DNA from: Candidatus Latescibacterota bacterium
GTDB lineage: Bacteria > Latescibacterota > UBA2968 > UBA8231
Assembly (NCBI GenBank): GCA_965223905.1
Contig: CBDCXV010000011.1
Location: forward strand, 608,001 to 672,000
Length of the DNA: 64,000 bases
Direction: 5' to 3'
Shown: one piece after another, positions 1-9,899 of the stretch
How positions within the stretch are numbered: position 1 is the first letter of the stretch
Layout: each line of letters opens with the position of its first letter
The notes under the pieces: model-generated
The model's input: only the letters and a program-made list of their open reading frames with translations
Told to the model about the DNA's origin: nothing
Database searches by the model: none
Translations under genes and position numbers: made by a program

Positions 1-363
1 GATCTGCATGGTGAGGTTTTCCTGGATCTGGAGGCGCCGGGCGAACACGTCGACGATGCGCGCCACCTTCGACAGTCCGATCACCCTGCCCCTGGGCAGA
101 TAGGCTACGTGGCACTTGCCGAAGAACGGCAGGACGTGGTGCTCGCACAGCGAGTACAGCTCGATGTTCTTGACCACCACCATTTCGTCGGAGCAGGAAT
201 CGTAGATGGCGCCCCCGACGGCCTCGGCCGGGGAGGACCGGTACCCCTGGGTGAGGTAGCCCATGGCCCTTGCCGCGCGCGCGGGCGTATGGGCAAGTCC
301 TTCGCGTCCGGCATCCTCCCCGATCTGTTCTATCAGCGTCCTGTAGGTGCTCTCCATTCCCAT
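1..363 (-). CDS. folE: GTP cyclohydrolase I, 3' end truncated by window edge
   Basis: Manual minus-strand translation: [33 protein letters not shown]...[53 protein letters not shown]. Contains the CEHH and GLSK..R...RRLQ.QE motifs of FolE. Absent from the ORF track because it runs off the edge. Confidence 0.95.
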   Translation of the reverse strand, partial: MGMESTYRTLIEQIGEDAGREGLAHTPARAARAMGYLTQGYRSSPAEAVGGAIYDSCSDEMVVVKNIELYSLCEHHVLPFFGKCHVAYLPRGRVIGLSKVARIVDVFARRLQIQENLTMQI

Positions 364-525
364 TTTCCGCCTCACGTCGAATCGCCTGCGTCTCGTGTCC
401 GGGCAACCACGAGCGCCGCGGTCGACCGCATGACAATGTACGTTTGAAGGGCCCTGCTCGCAGAGGTACCTTTCGTCGTGCAAGCTGCGATTTCGCCGAC
501 CTATTACCGGGAGATCCGCATTCCC

Positions 526-855
526 ATGACCGACCTGGCAGCCAGATCCTGCAAGCCGTGCGAAGCCGGCGTGCCTCCGTTGACCGAGGCGGAAATCGAG
601 GCCCACATCGCCTCCGTCCCCGGGTGGAAAGCGGTCGCCGGCCGCATCGAGAAGAGGTTCCGTTTCCGCAACTATTTCGAGACGATATCGTTCGTCAACG
701 CCGTTGCCTGGCTCGCCAACAGGGAGAACCACCACCCCGATCTCGAGGTCGGATACAGGGCCTGCAAGGTGAAGTACCGCACCCACGCAATAGACGGCCT
801 CTCGGAAAACGACTTCATCTGCGCCGCCAAGATCGACCAGCTGCTCGGCGGATGA
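526..855 (+). CDS. phhB: Pterin-4-alpha-carbinolamine dehydratase (PCD/PhhB family)
   Basis: [19 protein letters not shown]...[11 protein letters not shown]...[19 protein letters not shown]; HHP and TH...GLS.ND motifs. ATG at 526 preferred over GTG at 478. Confidence 0.9.
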   Translation: MTDLAARSCKPCEAGVPPLTEAEIEAHIASVPGWKAVAGRIEKRFRFRNYFETISFVNAVAWLANRENHHPDLEVGYRACKVKYRTHAIDGLSENDFICAAKIDQLLGG

Positions 856-877
856 GCTCTTTCCCAACCCTTGGCAG

Positions 878-1564
878 ATGCTGATATCGGAGATCTTCCA
901 CACCCTTCAGGGGGAGGGTCGCTACACCGGCGTACCGTGCATCTTCATCCGCACCTCCGGATGCAACCTGAGGTGCTCCTGGTGCGACACCCCCTACACC
1001 TCCTGGAACCCGGAGGGCAGGGACATGAGCGTGGCCGCGATCATGGCGGAAACCGAGGCCTGGAGTGCCGTTCCCTACGCGGTGATCACCGGCGGTGAGC
1101 CGCTTCTGCAGAAAGACCTCGCCCCTCTCGTCGAGGCGTTGAGAGAACGCGGACACCACACCACCATCGAGACCGCAGCGACGATCTTCCAGCCCGAGGT
1201 GCGGCCCGATTTCTTCAGCCTCTCCCCCAAGCTCGCCAACAGCACCCCGGGGCGGCGCCACGCTGCGGAGCGGGCCCTCCATCTGCGCAACAACCGCTTC
1301 GAGCCGCTGTCGCGGTACCTTGAGTCGGGAATCGATCTCCAGTTCAAGTTCGTGCTGCAGGAAGAGGAGGATACGGCCGAGGTGGTGCGCCTCGTCGAGG
1401 AGCTTTCGATCCCCCGGCGCCAGGTATTCCTGATGCCGGAGGGGGTAGACGGCGAGCAGCTGAGGGCCCGCGGGCGCTGGGTGGCCGAGGTCTGCAAGCG
1501 GGAAGGCTTCAGCTACAGCGGCCGGCTGCAGATCGATCTGTGGGGCAACACCCGCGGAACCTGA
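878..1564 (+). CDS. queE: 7-carboxy-7-deazaguanine synthase, radical SAM
   Basis: [34 protein letters not shown] (CxxxCxxC), [17 protein letters not shown]. Confidence 0.9.
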   Translation: MLISEIFHTLQGEGRYTGVPCIFIRTSGCNLRCSWCDTPYTSWNPEGRDMSVAAIMAETEAWSAVPYAVITGGEPLLQKDLAPLVEALRERGHHTTIETAATIFQPEVRPDFFSLSPKLANSTPGRRHAAERALHLRNNRFEPLSRYLESGIDLQFKFVLQEEEDTAEVVRLVEELSIPRRQVFLMPEGVDGEQLRARGRWVAEVCKREGFSYSGRLQIDLWGNTRGT

Positions 1565-1726
1565 CGGAACCCAACTGCTGCCCTCCGGTACTTGCACCGC
1601 TCGCAGGAGAAGCCGGAGGAAGTCCGGTTTACAGAGATTTTGACCCTGACTATCTTGCCCGCCTGTCCCTTCTCACGCAGGACCGACGCCCTCGGCGAGC
1701 GCTCACCCCAACCAGCCTGAACCGGA

Positions 1727-2857
1727 ATGCCCGCCACCTACGGCGTGCTGCTTGTCAGCTTCAGCCGCCACAGCCACCAGGACACCTTCGTCCCCCTCTT
1801 CCGCAGCCATCCGCGCCTGCGCATCCTCGCCGTCTCCGACGAAGCGGACATCGAGCCCCATCTGCAGGACCTGAACCGGAAGCGGGCCCGGGAGATCGGC
1901 GTTCCCTATGTCGAGGGGGTTGACGAGGCTCTCGAAATAGAAGGGGTCGACATCGTCAGCATCGGCCACGAGATCGAGCGCCGTTCCGACCTGGCGGTGC
2001 GCGCCGCCCGCGCCGAAAAGCACCTCTGGATCGACAAGTTCATGGGCGGCAACCTCGACGAATGCGACGCCGTCGTCGACGCCGTGGCCCGGTCCGGGGT
2101 CAGGGCGATCGTGCCGAGCTACACCTACGGCACCCTGGTGAGCCGGTGCCGCGAGCTGATCGACAGCGGCGACCTCGGAGAGCTGCTGGGGGTTCACTCC
2201 GATATCCTTTTCTGCAAGGGCTGGCCGGCCCCCGACCTGTCGGTCCCCGACGACTTCCTGCCGGCAGGCCGCTGGAAGTTCCCCGACATCAAGCGCGAGC
2301 TGCTTACGGTCGGGGCCTATTCGGTGGGACTGGTGCAGCGCTGCTTCGGGCCGATCAGGCAGGTGCTGGCCCACGGCGGGGCGCACTTCTTCGCCCAGCA
2401 TACTGCCCACCGCGCCGAGGATTTCGCCACCATGACCCTCGTCGATGCCGGAGGCCGCGTGGCGACCCTGTGCGCGGGAAGGGTCGGGGTGGCCACTCAT
2501 GCGGCCGGAGGGCCGTCGCGAGCCTGGCTCGTCGGCAGCCAGCGCAGCGCCCTGGTAGATGCCAAGCGCCCGCTGCTGGAAACGACGCTCAGCCGGACCA
2601 TCACGGCCTCCGACTACCACCCTCCCGCCGAAGATCCGATGCAGTGGCACACCCCATCGCCGACCACGGCTTCCCCCCTGGTAGACGATCCCTGCCTCGC
2701 CAACGGCCTGGAGGATCTCGTGGCGGCGATCGACGAGGAGCGGCGGCCGCTCTACTCCGTGGCCGAGGCCCGCGACCACATGGAGATCCTTCTCGCCGGA
2801 TACCGCTCCATCGTCGAAAACGGGCCCGTGAGCCTATTGGAAAGGGGTGGCTCGTGA
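1727..2857 (+). CDS. Gfo/Idh/MocA family oxidoreductase
   Basis: N-terminal Rossmann-like segment; 'AEKHLWIDKF' at the EKP-motif position; 'RELIDSGDLGEL'; C-terminal 'EARDHMEILLAGYRS..PVSL'. Confidence 0.75.
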   Translation: MPATYGVLLVSFSRHSHQDTFVPLFRSHPRLRILAVSDEADIEPHLQDLNRKRAREIGVPYVEGVDEALEIEGVDIVSIGHEIERRSDLAVRAARAEKHLWIDKFMGGNLDECDAVVDAVARSGVRAIVPSYTYGTLVSRCRELIDSGDLGELLGVHSDILFCKGWPAPDLSVPDDFLPAGRWKFPDIKRELLTVGAYSVGLVQRCFGPIRQVLAHGGAHFFAQHTAHRAEDFATMTLVDAGGRVATLCAGRVGVATHAAGGPSRAWLVGSQRSALVDAKRPLLETTLSRTITASDYHPPAEDPMQWHTPSPTTASPLVDDPCLANGLEDLVAAIDEERRPLYSVAEARDHMEILLAGYRSIVENGPVSLLERGGS

Positions 2858-3756
2858 GCGGCGCGGTCTGCCTCATCGCTGGCAGAGACCAGCGGCCCCT
2901 CGTCGAGGAGCTCGCCGCGGGCCTGGAGGTCGCCTCCGTCGCCGGCCACGGGCGAATTCCGGGAATTCCCTCGTTCGACACGGTCGACAGCGCCCTGTCC
3001 GCCACTGATGACAACAGAAGGATCGCCTGTTTCCTGTCGCCGTACCGGAACCTCGAGCGCGACGTCGGCGCCGCCCTGGAGGCCGGCTTTCACGTGCTCT
3101 GCCGCGGCCTGCCTGCAACCACTTCAGACGGTCTCGAGGCGGTTCGCGGGACGGCCCGCAAACACGGACTGGGGTTGAGCTGGGGGGGTCTGTACGAGCA
3201 TGGGAGGGCGCATGCGCGGATGCTGAAAGCCAGCGCCGCAGACGACTTCGGCAAGCCGGTCTTCCTGCGCGCCGCGGTCGAAGCTGCGGGGGTTGGAATG
3301 ACGGCGATCTGGTGGGCCCTGGCCGATGCCTGCGACCAGGCTGCGGCCCTGACCCGTTCCGATCCAACGCGCCTCCACGTCACCGCGACCTCGGCGGGCA
3401 GGGTCGCGCACGCGACGGCTACTGTTTCTTTCGCAAATCGCGCTACCGCCCAGCTCTCTGCGATCCGGGCCGGGGCTCCCGAGGGGGATTACCTGTTTCT
3501 GGGAAGCGGTGGAATCCTGACCTACGCCGCCGCGGCCAACCGGGTCGTCGCCTTCGGACCGGGGGGCCAGGAAGTGCGGCAACCGCCCGGCCTGCGACCC
3601 GAACCGGAATGGCTTCGAGCCTTCTGCCGGGCCGTCGTCGAAGGTGTCGCTGTCGAGCCGACTCCCAGCGAGGAAACAGCGGGAGCCCTCGCCCTTCTCA
3701 GGTCGATGCGCAAGGCCCGGCGCTCGGGTGAGGTGGTAGAAGTCCGCCTGCGCTGA
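2854..3756 (+). CDS. Divergent Gfo/Idh/MocA-like protein
   Basis: GTG start overlaps the upstream stop (GTGA). Contains 'AALEAGFHVLC', 'DFGKPVFLR' and C-terminal 'KARRSGEVVEV'. Real gene is the 3' part of ORF 2062..3756. Confidence 0.6.
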   Translation: MSGAVCLIAGRDQRPLVEELAAGLEVASVAGHGRIPGIPSFDTVDSALSATDDNRRIACFLSPYRNLERDVGAALEAGFHVLCRGLPATTSDGLEAVRGTARKHGLGLSWGGLYEHGRAHARMLKASAADDFGKPVFLRAAVEAAGVGMTAIWWALADACDQAAALTRSDPTRLHVTATSAGRVAHATATVSFANRATAQLSAIRAGAPEGDYLFLGSGGILTYAAAANRVVAFGPGGQEVRQPPGLRPEPEWLRAFCRAVVEGVAVEPTPSEETAGALALLRSMRKARRSGEVVEVRLR

Positions 3757-3777
3757 TTCCCCGGTCCCGCCTGCTCC

Positions 3778-6700
3778 CTATCGGCGGTCCGCCCCGCCTC
3801 GCAGCTGCTGCAGACGTGCCTCCGCCTGCGCCCTCGCTTTCGCCGCGGACTCGATCTTGACCTGCTCGTACCCGCGAATCGAATCGGGTGCCTCGGCGAT
3901 CTCCACCGCCCGGGTGCGATCCCCGGCAGTGGTCCCGGGCCGCGACAACAGCTCGGCCACCTCCTGCAGCAAGCTCCTGTACCATGTCACCAGCTCGCGC
4001 TCGAGCTTCCTGCAGGGGGTGCGGCCGAAGGGATCCCAGCGCGTGGCGCGCAGCCCCCGCAAGGCGCGCAGGCAGGAGAACAGCGGCCGGAACCAGGGGC
4101 CGACGGCGATCTTGCCGACCCGGAAACGCCTCAAGGTGGGGGGATTGAGGTAGTGGGAGATTCTCACCTCCCCGTCGAACATCCCTGCCAGTCGCTCCGC
4201 TGATACCCGGTCGAGGGCGAGCCGCGCCACCTCGTACTCGTCCTTGTATGCCATCAGCTTGTGCAGGTTGAGAATCACCGCCCGGGTCAAAGGCCGCGGC
4301 CGGTCCCCCCGCGGCCCGGCTTCGACGGCGGCGACCGAGCGCACGAAATCGACGTACTCCCTCGCGTACGCCTCGTCCTGGTAGGAAATCAGATCGGCGA
4401 TCCGGGTGCTGAAACGGGCTGCCAGCTCGGCCGGCAGGTCGATCGACTGCAGCGCCTCGTCGTGGAGGGAGCGCTCGCTGTCACTGCCGAGCCTGCCGCG
4501 GCTTTCGCGGATGAGGTCCTCCTCGTCGGGGGCGACCGGGCCGACGTGCGCCTGCATCCGCCCCGGGTCGGCCACGGCAAGGCGGCCCCAGCGGAACGCC
4601 TGAACGTTGGCCTCCACGGCTTTGCCGTTCAGGGCGATGGCCGCCTCTATGGAGGCCGGCCTCAGGGGAAGACGCCCGGCCTGGTACGCCGCTCCCAGCA
4701 GCAGCATGTTGGCGTACAGGCTGTCGCCGAACAGCTTCTCCGCGAGCCAGAAGGTGTCGATGTAGATATTGTCCGACTTGCGGCTGCACTGATCGATCAG
4801 CCCGGCAAGGTGATCCGGATCGGGGAATTTCCCCCCGGGATTCCGGTTCATCCGGGCCGTCGGAATGCGCGTCGAGCTGACCAGGGCGACGGAGCGATCG
4901 GATGAGGCGAACTTCAGGTTCCCGGGCTCGGCGGCGCGCAGCAGATCGAAGCCGAGATACAGGTCCGCGGAACCGGGAAACAGCCGGTTGAACACCGGCT
5001 GGCGGCGGCGGCTCAGGACGATCGGGGCTTCAACCGGGCCGCCCTTCTGCGCCAGGCCGGTGTTGTTCGACAGGTACACGTTGAGCCCGTCGATCATGCC
5101 GGCGTAGGCGACGAGGTGGGCAATCGTCACCACCCCGGTGCCGCCGCGGCCGACCGCGAAGATGGTGTAGTCCTCGGTTCGCAGGTCGAAATCGAGCGCC
5201 GGTTCCGGCAGATCGCGGAGCGGCTCCGGGGTCGCACGGCGCAGCCCCACGGAGTCGGAGCGGGGGGTGACCTTGACGAACGAGGGACATTCCCCGTCGA
5301 CGCAGAGGCCATCCTGGACGCAGCTGGCCTGGCGGATCTGCGTCTTCTCCCCGAATTCGGTCTCCGTACCGTAGAGCGCGGCGCAGCCCTCCGACTGCCG
5401 GTAACAGTCGCCGCACCCCTCGCACAGCCTCTCGTGAACGAGGATGTAGCTCTCGGGCCGCTCGCCCAGACGCCGCCGCCGGCGCCCCTTCTCGGTGGCG
5501 CATTCCTTGTCGAGGATCAGCGCCGTGGTGCCGCCGACTCCCTTGAAATGGGCGAGCGCCTCGGCGTGGCGGTCGAGGCCGAACACGCGGACGTTCTCCC
5601 GGTTCAGAGAGCGGTAGCGCTGCGGCTCCTCGCTGACGATCCCGACCTGCCGCACCCCGAGGGCGAGGAGCTCCCCGGCGACCTCGGCGACGCTGCGCTG
5701 GCCCCCGGGCCGCTGTCCTCCCGTCAAGGCAACGGCGCCGTTGAACAGCAGCAGGAAGGTGATGTTGACGTCCCCCTGCACGCAGCTCTGAACGGCCCCC
5801 CTGCCGCTGTGGAAATAGCTGCCGTCGCCGAGGTACTGATAGCTGTGCCTGTTGCCGTTGAAGGGCGCGGTGCCGCTGTAGATCGAGCCTCCCGCACCCA
5901 TGGTCGGGATGTAGAGCACCCCGTAGTCGTAGGCCTCCATCGCCCGGATCGAGCTGCAGCCGATGGCGCCCCCGGGCTTCTCCCCTTTCAGGTCGCGAAA
6001 GCTGTTGTAGGGACATCCCCCGCACGACATCGGGGCGACCTTCGGGACCTCGGAGTAAGTGCGCCCGAGGATATCCTCCAGCCGGCTGTACAGCGCGGAT
6101 GCCGACGACGGGGCCGAGGGGAGGAGACGCGGTCCCAGCAGCTGGGCGATTCCTTCGGGGTCGACTTCCCCCCAGGAGGGCACGAACGGTTTTCCCTCTT
6201 CGTCGTACTGACCGTACACCCCCTCCACGGACGAGCCCCAGAGGGCGGCTTTCACCCCCTCTTCGACAAAGGGTCCGGGCTCTTCGACAAGGTAGATGGT
6301 CCGCAAGCCGGGGGTGCGGGCGAATTCGCGGATGATCTCCTGGTCGAGCGGGTAGGTCACCGACAGCTGCAGCACCGGGACCTCGGCGCCGAGGATCTCC
6401 AGCGCCTGTCTGACGTCGGGGAAGGACTTGCCGGTGGCGATGATGCCGGCCGCGGCCGGGCGGGTGCCGTTGGCCGGGTGAATCCGGTTGAGCCGGTTGA
6501 GCCGGACGTACTCCTCGACCAGGGGGAGCTTCTCCTCGACCAGCTCCTTCTGCATCGGCAGCGCCCCGAGGGCCATGACGATCGGGTTGAACCGCTTCTC
6601 GAAGTCGTCCCCCGGCAGGTGTATGTCCGGGCGTACCTCGTCGAGACGGACCGTTCCGGCGCCGTCGCAGAGCGGGGTCGCGAGCTTGAGCGCCGTCACC

Positions 6701-7302
6701 ACCCCGAGGTGGCGGGACAGGTGGATGGCGTGCATCCCGAGGCTGAGGATCTCCTCGATGCTGGCCGGGTAGAAGATCGGAACCATGCTGCCGCGCAGGA
6801 CCCAGTCGCTGCTGCCCGGGGATACCGAGCTCTTCGAACGGTGGTCCTCCCCGCACAGGAGCACCATCGATCCGCTGCCGCTGGTACCGGCGAGGTTGGC
6901 GAGCCAGACTTCGTCCGGGATCCACATGGTGCCGTGCGCCTTGCCGTACCAGAAGGCGTCGACGTCGGCCGAGGGTGCGTACTGGGTACCGAGCATGGCC
7001 GAGGCCGCGGTCTTCTCGTTGATGCCGAACTGGTGTACCGTGCGCCCGCGCCGGTTCAGGACCTCGAGCTGGGAGACGATTTCGAGGTCCAGCCCTCCCA
7101 GAGGCGACCCCTCGTACCCGGAGACGTACGTCTGGTTGACTGCGCCGGCCCCCGACTGCTGCTCGTCGCGGCGCTGCTTCTCCACCAGCAGGCGCACGAT
7201 CGCCTCGATGCCGGTGAGAAAAACGGTGCCTTCCTCCAGCTCGTACTTGTCCTCGATCCTCGTATTGGCAGGGATGATCCGGGTCCTTTCTGCTTGTTTC
7301 AA
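3778..7302 (-). CDS. Indolepyruvate ferredoxin oxidoreductase family protein (fused subunits)
   Basis: SGYEGSPLGG, GINE, WYGK, TPP-binding GDGSYFHSG...N, ferredoxin CEGCGDC...C, GLAQKGG, LMAYKDEYEVARL, IRGYEQVK. Confidence 0.9.
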   Translation of the reverse strand: MKQAERTRIIPANTRIEDKYELEEGTVFLTGIEAIVRLLVEKQRRDEQQSGAGAVNQTYVSGYEGSPLGGLDLEIVSQLEVLNRRGRTVHQFGINEKTAASAMLGTQYAPSADVDAFWYGKAHGTMWIPDEVWLANLAGTSGSGSMVLLCGEDHRSKSSVSPGSSDWVLRGSMVPIFYPASIEEILSLGMHAIHLSRHLGVVTALKLATPLCDGAGTVRLDEVRPDIHLPGDDFEKRFNPIVMALGALPMQKELVEEKLPLVEEYVRLNRLNRIHPANGTRPAAAGIIATGKSFPDVRQALEILGAEVPVLQLSVTYPLDQEIIREFARTPGLRTIYLVEEPGPFVEEGVKAALWGSSVEGVYGQYDEEGKPFVPSWGEVDPEGIAQLLGPRLLPSAPSSASALYSRLEDILGRTYSEVPKVAPMSCGGCPYNSFRDLKGEKPGGAIGCSSIRAMEAYDYGVLYIPTMGAGGSIYSGTAPFNGNRHSYQYLGDGSYFHSGRGAVQSCVQGDVNITFLLLFNGAVALTGGQRPGGQRSVAEVAGELLALGVRQVGIVSEEPQRYRSLNRENVRVFGLDRHAEALAHFKGVGGTTALILDKECATEKGRRRRRLGERPESYILVHERLCEGCGDCYRQSEGCAALYGTETEFGEKTQIRQASCVQDGLCVDGECPSFVKVTPRSDSVGLRRATPEPLRDLPEPALDFDLRTEDYTIFAVGRGGTGVVTIAHLVAYAGMIDGLNVYLSNNTGLAQKGGPVEAPIVLSRRRQPVFNRLFPGSADLYLGFDLLRAAEPGNLKFASSDRSVALVSSTRIPTARMNRNPGGKFPDPDHLAGLIDQCSRKSDNIYIDTFWLAEKLFGDSLYANMLLLGAAYQAGRLPLRPASIEAAIALNGKAVEANVQAFRWGRLAVADPGRMQAHVGPVAPDEEDLIRESRGRLGSDSERSLHDEALQSIDLPAELAARFSTRIADLISYQDEAYAREYVDFVRSVAAVEAGPRGDRPRPLTRAVILNLHKLMAYKDEYEVARLALDRVSAERLAGMFDGEVRISHYLNPPTLRRFRVGKIAVGPWFRPLFSCLRALRGLRATRWDPFGRTPCRKLERELVTWYRSLLQEVAELLSRPGTTAGDRTRAVEIAEAPDSIRGYEQVKIESAAKARAQAEARLQQLRGGADRR

Positions 7303-7423
7303 GTCAGTATATGGCCCCCTGTACAGGGCGGCAAGGAACTGCGAACCAGGGCAACTGCGGGCAGGGCAAGCATGTCGGCGGCAAAGTTTGCCCCGCCGCC
7401 GGGGGAGCCGTTAATTAGAATTC

Positions 7424-7711
7424 ATGGCTGAAACAGTAGATGAACTGACGATTCAGTACGAAGAAGACGGGAAGGTTTTGCGCAAGCAGCTCGACAAGGA
7501 GGTGCTGAGCAAGGGATCCTGGACGACGATCATGTTTCTCTACCAGGATCTCGATCGCAAATCCGGCGAATACGGCCCGCAGAAGGTGTCGATCAGGCGC
7601 TACCAGAAGCGCGACGGATCCTACCTGCCCCGCAGCAAATTCGAGATCTCGAGCCCCAGGCAGGCCCTGGCGATTCGCGACAAGATCGGGAACTGGTTCC
7701 CCGAAGACTAG
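7424..7711 (+). CDS. Small conserved hypothetical protein (possible PC4-like fold)
   Basis: 95 aa with protein-like composition, divergent from the IOR gene across an AT-richer spacer; beta-rich pattern 'VSIRRYQKRDGSYLPRSKFEIS'. Confidence 0.65.
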   Translation: MAETVDELTIQYEEDGKVLRKQLDKEVLSKGSWTTIMFLYQDLDRKSGEYGPQKVSIRRYQKRDGSYLPRSKFEISSPRQALAIRDKIGNWFPED

Positions 7712-7870
7712 AGCCTACGCACGCAATTTCGGGGGGAATCGGGTCGGCGCTGCATCACGGCGCGCGGCATGGCCCGTTCGCAGTATTCCCCCCCCGTATG
7801 GCTCCATCGCGCACCTCGCCGGCAGGGTTCCCGGGGCCTTCGATTCCCCAAGCTGTTCCCGGAACACCCA

Positions 7871-9011
7871 CTACACCTCCGTGCGCACGACGTCGATCGG
7901 CACGCGGTGCCAGCCGGTGCGGCCGTCGTAGAGATCGGCCCCCTTGTCTTCGGCCGGCTGCCTGTCCCCGGCGTTGTCGGTGGCCCGGGCGACAATCTCG
8001 TAGCGGCCCGAGGGCGGCAGAGGCCACTCGTAGCGCCAGGCTGTCCAGACGTTTTCGCGCGGGTGGTTGAGTACCTGCGCCTCTTCCCAGGTAGCCCCGC
8101 CATCCGTGCTCACCTCGACGATGTCGACCTTGCGCTCCCCGGCCATGGCGATCCCGTGTATGGAGAACACCGTGTCGGCATCCCCGCGTATGGTCTGCAG
8201 GCGCATTGTGACCCCGCCGTTGGCCGGATCCTTGACGTCGTCCCACAGCGACAGCGGCGAATCGATTCGCGAGTTGATGGTGGCGATCGCGTCGTCCGAC
8301 CATTTGAACGGCTTGTTCTTCGGCTTGCTCTCCCAGTAGCCCAGGTAGACCTCGTCGATCAGCTCGATTCGCGTGATCCACTTCGGCATCTTCTGGCCGT
8401 AGTGACCCGGGTTTATCAGGCGCACCGGGAAGCCGTGCTTCGACGGCAGCACCTCGCCGTTCATCTCCCACACCAGCAGACATTCCTCCCGCAGCGCCCG
8501 CTCCAGCGGGATGGAGGTCGTGTAATCGTCGACGCTGTAGAACTTCACGCGGATGGCGTCCTCGCCGACACCGGCCATGTCGAGCAGGTTGCTCAACGGG
8601 GTGCCTCCCCATTCGGCGTTCCCCACCAGGGGCCCGCCGATCCAGTTCCCGATGCACTGCATCGTCATCGTCTGGCGCACCAGCGGCATGGAGGTGATCG
8701 CCTCATAGGCCAGCGACTCCACCGCGTTGTCGACCAGCCCGTCGACGCGCAGGCTCCAGTTGGCCGCGTCGATCTTCGGGTCGTAGTTCTGCCCGTTGAT
8801 CGACTGCAGGTAGAAGCGGCTGTTCGGGGTGATCCTGGCCTCCGGCATCTCCTCCATCGGGGTGTCGGGGGGCATGTCCATGGGCGGTGCGGTGGGCATC
8901 TCCCGGAAGGTCACCTTGTTGCTGTCGCACCCCCACTGCGGGACCAGCGCCGAAATGGCGACCACTACCGCTCGATTGCAGAAAACGCCGGCGGCTCTGT
9001 TGCTTCTTCAT
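7871..9011 (-). CDS. Molybdopterin-dependent oxidoreductase (sulfite oxidase family), predicted Tat lipoprotein; frameshift near 8968
   Basis: ITPNSRFY, WSLRVDGLV, TMQCIGN (Mo-ligand Cys), MNGEVLPSKHGFPVRLINPGHYGQKMPKWI, EVSTDGGATW. The Tat signal MKKQQSRRRFLQ (ATG 9011) is in a different frame from the h-region VVVAISALVPQWG-C. Confidence 0.85.
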
Positions 9012-9034
9012 TTCATTCCCTCTCCCGCGTTGCA

Positions 9035-9889
9035 TCAGTAACTGCAGGAAACGCCGATGCCGAGGGAGGCACCGGCGCCGATGTTCTCTCCGGAAATCGT
9101 GCGCTCGGCCAGAACGTCTACCCAGAAGGGGCCCTGGAGGTTCCAGGCCGCGTTCAGGCCGGCCTTGGCGAAATCCCCTTCCGACACCTGGACCGAGCCC
9201 CCGACCACGCCGAGATCCTCGGTGTCCTCGCTCACCCGGGTGTCCTTGCCCTCGACGTACGCCTTCGCGAACAGCCTGGGATGCGGAGTAACGCCGACCT
9301 CTACAAACCACGGTACCTGGTTGGAGTACTCGCCCCCGCGCATCCGGTACCCCCCCTCCAGTCCGACGTACAGCGGCAGCGGATACAGCGAGCGGGCGGC
9401 CAGGATGCGCACTTCGGCGTCGATCTTCCCGGTTCCGAACGGGGGATCGTAGTCGGCGTGGTATCCCGTGGGCAGCTTGAAGGTCACTAACGGAGAAAGG
9501 ACGACGGGGCCGTCTGTCAGCTGGTACCTGGCCCCGATGTCGACGTCGCCGATCCCCCTCGTCTCCCTCTGCACCAGCCGGTTCTCCGACACCAGGACTC
9601 CGGCGTTCGCCTGCGCGATAACGGTGAGGCGGTGACGGAGCCCGTACTCGGCGTAGAGAAACCCCTGCGAGCCGTCGAAGGAATCGTTCTCCTCCCCCAT
9701 GGGCTGGCGGTCTCCCATGTCGTTGTAGACCTCGTCCGACGAGTAGGAAATGCCGGAAAACTTGAGGTAGAGGCTTCCCTTTTCCTGGCTCCAGGCACCG
9801 GCGAAAAGCGGGGGGGCCGCCGCCGCCAGCGCCAGGAAAGCCAGCGCCGCGGGAAAACCTCGGCGATCGAGCATGGAAGGCATTTTCAT
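9035..9889 (-). CDS. Putative outer-membrane beta-barrel protein
   Basis: Signal peptide ending LFAGAW; alternating amphipathic strands (YAEYGL, GDVDIGARYQL, FKLPTGY); C-terminal aromatic residue (VSCSY). Confidence 0.65.
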   Translation of the reverse strand: MKMPSMLDRRGFPAALAFLALAAAAPPLFAGAWSQEKGSLYLKFSGISYSSDEVYNDMGDRQPMGEENDSFDGSQGFLYAEYGLRHRLTVIAQANAGVLVSENRLVQRETRGIGDVDIGARYQLTDGPVVLSPLVTFKLPTGYHADYDPPFGTGKIDAEVRILAARSLYPLPLYVGLEGGYRMRGGEYSNQVPWFVEVGVTPHPRLFAKAYVEGKDTRVSEDTEDLGVVGGSVQVSEGDFAKAGLNAAWNLQGPFWVDVLAERTISGENIGAGASLGIGVSCSY

Positions 9890-9899
9890 CACACCGGAA

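Noticed and set aside
1-1564. 7-deazaguanine DNA-modification (dpd) island
   Set aside because: folE and queE are present, but no dpdA/tgt paralog, other dpd genes or mobility genes are in the window.
5030-7431. Long alternative ORFs (e.g. 5116..7431 +, 13346..15346 +, 30473..32707 +, 36750..39326 +, 56802..58691 +)
   Set aside because: Shadow frames of well-supported genes in GC-rich DNA, either Arg/Pro/Gly-rich or antisense, with no family motifs.
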